Assembly: GCF_902713615.1 (NCBI RefSeq)
Contig: NC_052152.1
Coordinates: 32,587,810 to 32,651,809 of the forward strand
Direction of reading: 5' to 3'
Length of the DNA: 64,000 nucleotides
DNA from: Scyliorhinus canicula
Lineage: Eukaryota
Positions 48,505 to 59,100 of this stretch are shown piece by piece. The stretch's first letter is position 1; each line of letters starts with the position of its first letter. Position numbers and translations under genes: made by a program. Below the pieces are notes generated by a model that worked only from the letters and a program-made list of their open reading frames with translations, searched no databases and had not been told where the DNA came from.

Positions 48505-48853
48505 ACACATACAATTTACAGTGCAGAAGGAGGCCATTTGGCCCATCGAGTCTGCACCGGCTCTTGGAAAGAGCACCCTACCCAAGGTCAATACCTCCAC
48601 CCTAGCCCCATAACCCAGTAACCCCACCCAACACTGACGGCAATTTTGGACACCAAGGGCAATTTATCATGGCCAATCCACCTAACCTGCACATCTTTGG
48701 ACTGTGGGAGGTAACCGGAGCACCCGGAGGAAACCCACGCACACACGGGGAGGATGTGCAGACTCCGCACAGACAGTGACCCAAGCCGGAATCGAACCTG
48801 GGACCCTGGAGCTGTGAAGCATTTGTGCTATCCACAATGCTACCGTGCTGCCC
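48505..48853 (-). mobile_element. HE1-like SINE
   Basis: Full-length similarity to other copies. Confidence 0.85.
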
Positions 48854-49387
48854 ATAACTAGAAGGTCGGTGCCACAGAGATTTTGCCAACATGTTCTGCA
48901 TCACCATTGAATTGGGAGCATTTCTTCACAGGCTCCTAGCTTTGACCCAAAGGCACTGCTGAGAACAACAGGATACAAGATTTTACCTGGTTCCCTTTTT
49001 AAAACAGACCCCCAAAATGTTTTTAGGTTATCCTTTAATGAGGAGGGACTCTGGTGACTATGTTCAAGTTATTGTAGTTTGAAAAAGAAGTGACTTCCTT
49101 TTAGCTATTAACTGGAAGTTTGATTTTTTTTGTAAAACCTGGTCAGTCTCTATGGGGATATGAACATAACTCTGCCAAAAGAATATCCCATATTAAAAGA
49201 AATGTTTTACAACTTAGATCAGTTGGAAATTAGTATTTGCAAAATATAGCACTCACTGAAGAGAGCAACCCGAATTGTAAAATCACCGCTTTCAAAGTTA
49301 ATTTCATTTTTAATTGCACTGCAAAAGTAATTGAAAGTAAAAATGTACATGTTATATTATAAGATGATGCAGTTTCAAATTCAATAC

Positions 49388-49575
49388 CTGGGATGCAGTG
49401 CTGCCTTCTCTCCAATATTCTATAACTTTTTGAACAAGTAGGCATTTCTCTGCATTAGATGGCATAACAATATTATGTTTTGCTAAATATTGAAATATTA
49501 TCTCACGGTGGATCTTCTTCCTTTTCAGCAGCTCTTCGGCACTCTGACTGTAACACAGTATGGCATCCATGGCTT
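49388..49575 (-). CDS. C3orf38: C3orf38 homolog, gene A, coding exon 2 (EAMDAILCYSQSAEELLKRKKIHREIIFQYL...EYWREGSTASQ)
   Basis: Acceptor cctgcag|AA completes GAA with exon 1. YSQSAEELL.R.K.HRE.IF.YL motif of C3orf38. Phase-0 donor CAG|GTATTG. Length 188 nt. Confidence 0.92.
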
Positions 49576-49837
49576 CTGCAGGTGATAAAGCAACAATAAT
49601 ATTGCTAACAAAGGAAAAATGCCTCATCGAAGACATATAGGAATTGTTTTAGCTAGACAGTTATGAATATGTGGAAACTCAACATTGTATTACATTCCCA
49701 CTGCTGCAGTTATCTTTTAATGTAGTCTGTCCAGATGCAATATTCCTCACATCCCCTTTTTTGCCCTTTCCCCGCAAGCCTTGATTTGCTTACTAATCAA
49801 GAATATATCTATCTCAGCCTTAAGTATACTCAGGACA

Positions 49838-50065
49838 GGGCGGCATGGCGGCACATTGGTTAGCACTGCTGCCTCACGGCGCTGAGGACCCGGGTTCGAT
49901 ACCGGTCCCTGGTTCGATACTGGCCCCTGGTCACTGTTCATGTGGAGTTTGCCCATTCTCCCCCTGTCTGTGTGCATCTCACCCCTACAACCCAAAAGGA
50001 TGTGCAGGGTAGGTGAATTGGCCACGTTAAATTGTCCCTTAACTGAAAAAAAAGAATTGGATACT
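49838..50065 (+). mobile_element. Short HE1-like SINE
   Basis: Similarity to other copies. Confidence 0.75.
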
Positions 50066-50999
50066 TGATAGGAATCGACTATTTATAGATCTGATAGGTA
50101 AAAGAAGGCTATTTAGTGTAAATATTAAGTCCCAGTTTTAATACCCATTTTAAATTGAGGATTTCAGCACTCATAACCTCAGGTCATGATAAAACACATA
50201 GCTTCAACAGAGATACAAGAAGCCTGTCATAAACTCATTGGAGATTAAAACAACATTTTTACTAAGCAAAGATGAAAATGCTATTGTTCTAACAAACATA
50301 TTTTCAAAGACAGTTTGACATTCAAACATGAGCGGTACCAGTAATCTGATCAAGGACGAAGCAGGCACCACAGCAACATGAAGGCACCATTGTTCATAAT
50401 GTGGATAAAGCGAAGTCAGCAGAAAACCAGTAGAAACCAGTCTTGATAATAGCACAGAATCACAGTCCATAACATACACAAATATTCAAACATGAAACAT
50501 TTAGAACTTACGTTGCACATTAAGGATTGACAGCTAACCGTCGAATCAAATACATTTGATTCTAACCCAAACCAATTAGGACGACATGGAGGCGTAGATA
50601 GATGGCTCACAACAGATAAGATTTCCTATAAATGTGATGGTCCGTACGGCCATCTTTATCCAGGATCATTCTATACTTTGATCTAACTATTCGCTATCCT
50701 TATTTTCATATTTTCACTTTTCCACTCTGCTGTTTTGCCGTAAGCAAGAAACCATTTCTGTATTATTTTTAAAGTTAAATTGTTTATAAGTTACTTCTCT
50801 TTAAGTCCTTTTGCTAGCCGGACTTTATTGAGAATAGATTTAAGTTTCTCCTAATTGTAATCAAATAGAGACAATAAAGATTCTTGTTTGCATCCGAGAA
50901 GTTTAACTCAAATTTCTACTGAGTTTTAGTGTCGCAAGACCTCACTAGTTCCGAATGGTAAATCTCATCAGTACTCTAAATTTTAAAATATAGTCAATG

Positions 51000-53000
51000 A
51001 CTCTGTCCCCATGGATCTCTGTGGCAAGGAGTTCAACCCTCTGCGAAAAGTAGTTCCTCCTCTCAGTCTTAAATCAGCACCCCTTTATCCTGAGACTATG
51101 CCTTCTGGTCCTAGACTCTCCCATGAGGGGAAACATCCTCTCAGCATTTACCCTGTCAGGCCCCTTAAGCATCCTATATGTTTCAATGAGATCACCTCGC
51201 ATTCTTCGAAATTCCAATAAGTCCCAACCTGTTTAATCTTTGCTCATAAGACAATCTCTCCATAACAGGGATCATTCTAGTGAACCTTCTCTGAACCACC
51301 TCCAATGAAATAATACATCTTCTTAAATAAGGGGATCAAAACTGCTCACAGTACTCCAGATGTGGTCTCACCAGTACCTTGTACATTTACAGCAAGACTG
51401 CCCTACTCTTATACTCTAACCCCATTGAAATAAGGGTCAACATTCCATTAGCCTTCTTGATAACCTGCACTATGTGCTAGCTTTCTGTGTTTCATGCACA
51501 AGTAGCCCCAAGACCTTTTCTACAGTTTTTCTCCATTTACTGAAAAAGTAGCGACACAAGAGTTTTCCGTCCGGAGTTACTTTCTTCCGTATTGCTCTAC
51601 ATGTTAAAATGTTACAAAGGTCCCTGCTGTAGAATAAAAACTAGATTTTGTTCCGATTGTTGAAACTTCTAGACATTCCTTTCCTCTTCATGGTTTGAGA
51701 AAGGCGAATAAATATACACTGGTACCACAAAAGTATCAGAAGCCTGTGCTAATATCTACTGATTTTCCTCATTTCCTCTGGTCACTCCTTTTCCTCCTTC
51801 TTTATGATAAGGCCAAATACTGAAAAGGTATTCTTTTACCTATCAATTATCCCCATGACCTTGCACAAAAACTTGAAGCTAGACTGCAATACGCATCTCA
51901 ACCTCCAAAATGAGGATTCCAAGCTTTCCACTAACAGAGACACCTTTCTCACTTGGGCTCTCATTTATACAAGCTGCACAGTTGATGGATATTTACACCA
52001 GTAGACATCCTCTGGCAGTTAGGTGAATCAACCTCTGCCATAGACGTGAAACAATGTCATTGCTCCAATTCAACCAATTGCTCCAAAACACATTCTACAA
52101 ACTAATCTACAAACAAATAGACCATTTCTGCCAATTTGATTGCCCTGTCTATGTGAAGCTTAAAGCCCTCCACAATTATTACACTGCCTTTGTTACAAGC
52201 TCTGATAATTTTGTATTTAACATTCTGTGAAATGGTATAACTGCTGTAAGAAGGGCTACAAAACCGGCCCACTGGTGTTTCCTGATTCTTGCTGTCCCTA
52301 ATTTCACCCATACTGATTTTACTTCATGATCTTTTCAGATCGTGTCCTTATATCATGTCATATTGTACTATCAAAGCTACCCTTCCTAGGGCAGCACGGT
52401 GGTGCAGTGGTAGCACTGCTGTCTCATGGCGCCGAGGTCCAAGGTTCGATCCCAGCTCTGGGTCACTGTCCGTGCGGAGTTTGCTCATTCTCCCCGTGTT
52501 TGCGTGGGTTTTGCCCCCACAATCTAAAGATGTGCAGGGTAGGTGGATTGGCCACGCTTGCCCTTAATTGGAAAAATGAATTGGATACTCTAAATTTATT
52601 TTTTAAAAAGCTACCCCTCCTCCTTTGCCAATCTGTTTGTCTGTCTTTCCAAAATATTGGAATACTTATTTTCCAATCTTGATCACCTTGTAACCATGTT
52701 CTGTAATGACGATTAGATCAGTCATTTACCTCTATTTGTGCCACTAGTTCTTCCATCTTATTCCAGATGCTTTGTGCGTTCAGATAATTTCATTTTCTAT
52801 TCCCCGCAGTGACATTACTTCCTGATGTACAATTTTTGTTAAACTTCCTTCTCTTTTCTTGTCCCATTCTGCTTGCCTTTACACATATTGAAATATCGTT
52901 CCGAATTCTTGACCGATTTTTGGATTTCTAAATCCCCCTTTGCCAAACCTGCCCTCCCCCCACCCTGATCTCTTTTGTTAGTTTAAAGCTCCAATATTCT
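51000..53000 (-). mobile_element. Old CR1 fragments
   Basis: Degenerate ORF2 remnants. Confidence 0.55.
52389..52606 (+). mobile_element. Short HE1-like SINE with 15-bp TSD
   Basis: aaagctaccc(t/c)tcct at 52373 and 52607. Confidence 0.85.
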
Positions 53001-53277
53001 AAACCACCCAAATATTAATCTATTTTTGCTTTTACAGATGATTATGAGGCTAATGTATACTGTCTGCAGGTTACCCTTTTAGGCCATGATTCCCTGATTA
53101 TAAAGCAAATTCACTGGTACTTTTATGCAGTATAGTAGTGATTCTATTAAATTCAGAGCCAGTATTTTAAACCTTTCTTTTACTTTACATTATGCAGAAT
53201 CTCCCACTTCTGCAATCACAACCTCTTCAAATCATTCATGCTTTGAATGAATGCAAAATCACAGGTTGATGAATAAA

Positions 53278-53454
53278 GGGGCTGTTTAGCACAGGGCTAA
53301 ATCGCTGGCTTTGAAAAGCAGACCAAGCAGGCCAGCAGCACGGTTCAATTCCCGTAACAGCCTCCCCAAACAGGCGCCGGAATGTGGCGACTAGGGGCTT
53401 TTCACAGTAACTTCATATGAAGCCTACTCGTGACAATAAGCGATTTTCATTTCA
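53278..53454 (+). mobile_element. SINE family 2
   Basis: Similarity to other copies. Confidence 0.85.
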
Positions 53455-53699
53455 TAAAGAGTTCAGGTAGCAGATGGGCCATCCAGAGCAAGGAAAATTC
53501 TCCCAGATGCAAGTCACAATTTCTGTTGAGGCAAAGGAAGGGTATTGCAACTGGTTTCAGAGTTTGTGGAACAGTAGGGAGTACAAAAAACAGTTGGGAT
53601 CCTCTGCTCCTGGTCCCTATTCAGGTGCACACATGTGCCAAGGACAAGATATGTCAGGGGTAGGTGGGAACGAGGAGCAAACATACACAGAAGCACAGA

Positions 53700-54480
53700 G
53701 AATATAAGGAGGAGGTCTTTTAGCCCTTTGAGCCTGCTCCGCCATTCATTATGATCATGGTTGATCATCAAGTCCAATACCCTGACCCCACCTTCCCCCA
53801 TACTCCTGGATCCTTTCGCCCAAGAGCGATATCTAATTCCTTCTTGAAATTACACAATGTTTTGGCCTCAACTACTTTCTGTGGTAGCAAATTCCAGATT
53901 CACCACTCTCTGGGTGAAGAAATTTCTCCTCACCTCCTTATCCTCAACTATGTCCCATAGTTCTGGACTCCCCCACCATCAGGAACATTCTTTCTGAATC
54001 TACCCTATAAGGGGCCTCACGGTAGCATGGTGGTTAGCATCAATGCTTCACAGCTCCAGGGTCCCAGGTTCGATTCCCGGCTGGGTCACTGTCTGTGTGG
54101 AGTCTGCACGTCCTCCCCGTGTGTGCGTGGGTTTCCCCCGGGTGCTCCGGTTTCCTCCCACAGTCCAAAGATGTGCGGGTTAGGTGGATTGGCCATGCTA
54201 AATTGCCCGTAGTGTAAGTTTAATGGGGGGATTGTCGGGTTACGGGTATACGGGTTCCGTGGGTTTAAGTAGGGTGATCATTGCTCGGCACAACATCGAG
54301 GGCCGAAGGGCCTGTTCTGTGCTGTACTGTTCTATGTTCTATGTTCTATATAACTGTGTTAGAATTTTCGAAGTTTCTATGAGATCCCATTTCACTCTTC
54401 TAAACTCCAATGAATACAATCCTAACCTATTTAGTCTCTCCTCATGCGACAGTCCCGCATGCCAGGAATCAGCCCAGTAA
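53700..54480 (-). mobile_element. CR1 3' fragment with nested SINE
   Basis: Similar to the other CR1 3' ends in the window. Confidence 0.65.
54011..54348 (+). mobile_element. HE1-like SINE
   Basis: Near-identical to 26297-26630. Confidence 0.85.
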
Positions 54481-54556
54481 ACCTAACATATTATTAATAT
54501 GTCATTATTATTAATTATTAATCTTTATTAGTGTCACAAGAAGGCTCACATTAACA

Positions 54557-55380
54557 GTGTTGGGGGGGGGGGGGGGGGTGTCAGTGTGGGGGGGTGTCAG
54601 TGTGGGGGGGGTGTCAGTGCGGGAGGGTAGTCAGTGTGGGGGGGGGGGCGGTGGTCAGTGTGGGGGGGGCGGTGGTCAGTGTGGGGGGGGCGGTGGTCAG
54701 TGTGGGGGGGGCGGTGGTCAGTGTGGGGGGGGCGGTGGTCAGTGTGGGGGGGGCGGTGGTCAGTGTGGGGGGGGCGGTGGTCAGTGTGGGGGGGCGGTGG
54801 TCAGTGTGGGGGGGGGGGGTGGTCAGTGTGGGGGGGGCGGTGGTCAGTGTGGGGGGGGCGGTGGTCAGTGTGGGGGGGGGGGGCGGTGGTCAGTGTGGGG
54901 GGGGGCGGTGGTCAGTGTGGGGGGGCGGTGGTCAGTGTGGGGGGGGCGGTGGTCAGTGTGGGGGGGGCGGTGGTCAGTGTGGGGGGGGCGGTGGTCAGTG
55001 TGGGGGGGGCGGTGGTCAGTATGGGGGGGGGTGGTCAGTGTGGGGGGATCAGTGTGGGGGGGTCAGTGTGGGGGCGGGGGGGTCAGTGTGGGGGGGTCTG
55101 TGTATGGGGGTCAGTGTATGGGGGTCTGTGTGGGGGTGGTGTTAGTGTGGGGGTGGGGTCAGTGTGGGGGGGCGTCAGTGTGGGGGGGTGTCAGTGTGGG
55201 GGGGTGTCAGTGTGGGGGGGTGTCAGTGTGGGGGGGATTAGTGTGGGGGGGTCAGTGTGTGGGGGGTTCAGTGTGGGGGGGGGGGGTCAGTGTGGGGGCG
55301 GGGGGGTCAGACTGTTTTTGTGTGTGTGTTCGGGGGTCATTGGGGGGGGGGGGCATTGGGGGGGGGGGGGGGGGGGGGTC
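54557..55380. repeat. G-rich minisatellite, unit about 21 bp (ggtggtcagtgtggggggggc), at the 5' end of gene A intron 1
   Basis: Direct inspection. Confidence 0.95.
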
Positions 55381-55393
55381 AGCCGCCACCCAC

Positions 55394-55520
55394 CTGTTCC
55401 GTTCTGTATCTTTAACATGCGGTTGGTGACGGTGTCTGCCAGCGGGTACAGCTCCCCCGGGCCCAGGCTCTGCAGGATCTCCCGGCAGCCGCACCGCTCC
55501 TTGTCCGTCAGCAGCGCCAT
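55394..55520 (-). CDS. C3orf38: C3orf38 homolog, gene A, coding exon 1 (MALLTDKERCGCREILQSLGPGELYPLADTVTNRMLKIQNGT)
   Basis: Strong Kozak context gtcgccATGG at 55520. The peptide matches the recalled C3orf38 N-terminus (GCRxxL...LxDTVTNR). Phase-1 donor G|GTGGGT at 55394/55393. Confidence 0.9.
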
Positions 55521-55527
55521 GGCGACC

Positions 55528-55892
55528 CACACCCGCCCGCTGCCGCGCGCTCCCCGTCCCCGGGCACCCGCCCGCTACCACGCGCTCCCCGTCCCCGGGC
55601 ACCCGCCCGCTGCCGCGCGCTCCCCGTCCTTGGGCACCCGCCCGCTGCCGCGCGCTCCCCGTCCCCGGGACACACGCCCGCTGCCGCGCGCTCCCCGTCC
55701 CCGGGACACACGCCCGCTGCCGCGCGCTCCCCGTCCCCGGGACACACGCCCGCTGCCGCGCGCTCCCCGTCCCCGGGACGCACGCCCGCTGCCGCGCGCT
55801 CCCCGTCCCCGGGACACACGCCCGCTGCCGCGCGCTCCCCGTCCCCGGGACACACGCCCGCTGCCGCGCGTTCCCCCGTCCCCGGGACACCC
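55528..55892. repeat. GC-rich minisatellite, unit about 36 bp, about 10 copies, immediately upstream of the gene A ATG
   Basis: Repeats of cacgcccgctgccgcgcgctccccgtccccgggaca. Confidence 0.95.
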
Positions 55893-55894
55893 GC

Positions 55895-56180
55895 ACAAAG
55901 GTTCCGCTCCACTGTCAATCTTTATCAGTAACAACAGGCGGTCACAAGAAAGGACGAACTCTCTTCCCCGCCCCTAGCCAGCTGGGATTTGTATCTGGTT
56001 CGGGCACTTCTGGTTGGATCACTGGGAAAGGCAGAGTTTTGAAAATCCCCGCAGTGATGGTGCGGCCACCCAGCCGGAAGCATTTACCGCGGGAATTGCT
56101 CGCCGGACTTTCGGACCCGGGGGCAACCTCAGGCGGAGCTTCAGAGACCGTGAGCTGGGTGAGAAAATCCCCAATTACAC
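55895..56180 (-). promoter_or_regulatory. Probable CpG-rich promoter of gene A
   Basis: Short unique GC/CpG-rich spacer between two arrays. It holds a GC box (ccccgcccc, about 55965) and an ETS-like ccggaag (about 56074). Confidence 0.55.
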
Positions 56181-59100
56181 CGGGAATGTCAGTGTGGACC
56201 GGGAATGTCAGTGTGCCCGGAAATGTCAGTGTGTCTGTGCACCGGGAATGTCAGTGTGTACAGGGAATGTCAGTGTGTCTGTGCCCGGGAATGTCAGTGT
56301 GTACCGGGAATGTCAGTGTGCCCGGGAATGTCAGTGTGTCTGTGCCCGGGAATGTCAGTGTGTCCGGGAATGCCAGTGTGTCTGTGCACCGGGAATGTCA
56401 CTATGCACCGGGAATGTCAGTGTGCCCGGGAATGCCAGTGTGTCTGTGCACTGGGAATGTCAATGTGCCCGGGAATGTCAGTGTGTCTGTGCACCGGGTA
56501 TATCAGTGTTCCTGGGAATGTCAGTGTGAACCTGGAATGTCAGTATGTCAGTGCATCGGGAAGGTCAGTGTGTACCGGGAGTGTCAGTGTGCACCGGGAA
56601 TGTCAGTGTGTCTGTGCAGTGGAAATGTCACTATGCACCGGGAATGCCAGTGTGACTGTGCACCGGGAATGTCAGTGTGTACCGGGAATGTCAGTGTGTA
56701 CCGGGAATGTCACTATCCACCGGGAATGTCAGTGTGCCCAGGAATGCCAGTGTGTCTGTGCACCGGGAATATCACTGTGCACTGGGAATGTCAGTGTGCA
56801 CGGGAATGTCAGTGTGTCTGTGCACTGGGAATGTCAGTGTGCACCGGAAAGGTCAGTGCGCACGGGGAATGTCAGTGTGAACCTGGAATGTCAGTGTGTC
56901 TGTGCAGTGGGAATGTCACTATGCACCGGGAATGTCAGTGTGCACGGGAATGTCAGTGTGCACGGGAATGTCAGTGTGTCTGTGCACCGGGAATGTCAGT
57001 GTGCACCGGAAAGGTCAGTGCGCACCGGGAATCTCATTGTGTCTGTGCACTGGGAATGCCAGTGTGCCTGTGCCAAGAAATGTCAGTGTGTCTGTGCACC
57101 GGAAATGTTACTGTGCACCGGGAATGTCGGTGTGTCTGTGCACCGGGAATGTCAGTGTGCACCGGGAATGTCAGTGTGCATCAGGAATGTGACTATGCAC
57201 CGGGAATGTCAGTGTGCCCGGGAATGTCAGTGTATCTGTGCACCGGGAATGTCAGTGTGCCGGGAATGCAGTGTGCACCGGGAATGTCATTGCGTCCGGA
57301 AATGTCAGTATGTCTGTGAACTGGGAATGTCAGTGTGTACTGGGAATGTCACTGTGCACCGGGAATGCCAGTGTGTCTGGAAATGTCAGTGTGACCGGGA
57401 ACGCCAGTGTGTCTGTGCCCGGGAATGTCAGTGTTCCTGTACCTGGGAATGCCTGTGTGACCGGGAATTTCAGTGTGTCTGTGCCCGGGAATGTCAGTGG
57501 GCACCGAGAATGTCAGTGTGCCCGGGAATGTCAGTTTGCCCGGGAATGCAAGTGTTCCTGGGAATGTCAGTGTGTCCGGAAATGTCAGTGTGCCTGAGAC
57601 TGTCAGTGTGTCTGTGCCCGGGAATGTCATGGTGTCTGTGCCTGGGAATGTCAATGTGCCCGAGAATGTCAGTGTACCCGGGAATGTATGTGTGTCTGTG
57701 TCCAGGAAGGTCAGTGTGGATTGGGAATGTCAGTGTGTCTGTGCCCGGGAATGGCAGTGTGTCTGGGCCCGGGTATGTCAATGTGCCCGGGAATGTCAGT
57801 GTGTCTATACTCGGGAATCTCAGTGTGCACCGGGAATGTCAGTGTGCCCGGGAATGTCAGTTTGCCCGGGAATGCAAGTGTTCCTGGGAATGTCAGTGTG
57901 TCCGGAAATGTCAGTGTGCCTGAGACTGTCAGTGTGTCTGTGCCCGGGAATGTCATGGTGTCTGTGCCCGGGAATGTCAATGTGCCCGGGAATGTCAGTG
58001 TACCCGGGAATGTATGTGTGTCTGTGTCCAGGAAGGTCAGTGTGCATTGGGAATGTCAGTGTGTCTGTGCCCGGGAATGGCAGTGTGTCTGGGCCCGGGT
58101 ATGTCAATGTGCCCGGGAATGTCAGTGTGTCTATGCTCGGGAATGTCAGTGTGCACCGGGAACGTCAGTGTGCCTGTGTCCGGGAATGTCAGTGTGCACC
58201 AGAAATGTCAGTGTCTGTGCCCGGGAATGTCAGTGTACATCAGGAATGTTAGTGTGTCTGTGCACCGGGAATGTCAAAGTGCCCGGGAATGTCAGTGTGT
58301 CTGTGCCCGTGAATGTCAGTGTGGACCGGGAATGTCAGTGTGTTTGTGCCCGGGAATGTCAGTGTGTACCGCGAATGTCAGTGTGTCTGTGCCCGGGAAT
58401 ATTAGTGTGCCCAGGAATGTCAGTGTGTACTGGGAATGTCCGTGTGTCTGTGCCCGCTAATGTCGGTGTGCCCGGGAATGTCAGTCTGTACCGGGAATGT
58501 CAGTGTACCCTAGAATGTCAGTATGTCTGTGCCCGGGAATGTCAGTGTGTACAGGGAATGTCAGTCTGCCCAGGAATGTCAGTGTGTACCGGGAATGTCA
58601 GTGTGCCTGTGCCCGTGAATGTCAGTGCGCCTGTGCCCGGGAATGTCAGTGTGCCCGGGAATGCCAGTGTGTCTGTGCACCGGGAATGTCACTCTGCACC
58701 GAGAATGTCAGTGTGCTCGGGAATATCAGTGTGTACCTGGAATGTCAGTGTGCACCGGGAATGTCAGTGTGCATCGGGAATGTCAGTGTGTCTGTGCACC
58801 GGGAATGTCAGTGTTTCTGTGCCCGGGAATGTCAGTGTGCCCGGGAATGTCAGTGTGTACCGGGAATGTCCGTGTGTCTGTGCCCGCTAATGCCGGTGTG
58901 AGAGGGAATGTCAGTGTGTCTTTGCCCGGGAATGTCAGTGTGCCCGGGAATGTCAGCGTGTACCGGGAATGTCAGTGTGCCCTGGAATGTCAGTATGTCT
59001 GTGCCCGGGAATGTCAGTGTGTACCGGGAATGTCAGTGTGCCCGGGAATGTCAGTGTGTACAGGGAATGTCAGTCTGCCCGGGAATGTCAGTGTGCCTGT

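Noticed and set aside
1921-53454. tRNA genes at A/B-box-like sequences
   Set aside because: They are SINE heads continuous with SINE bodies; no full cloverleaf was seen.
54557-55977. Gly-rich and Pro/Arg-rich ORFs
   Set aside because: Translations of minisatellites.
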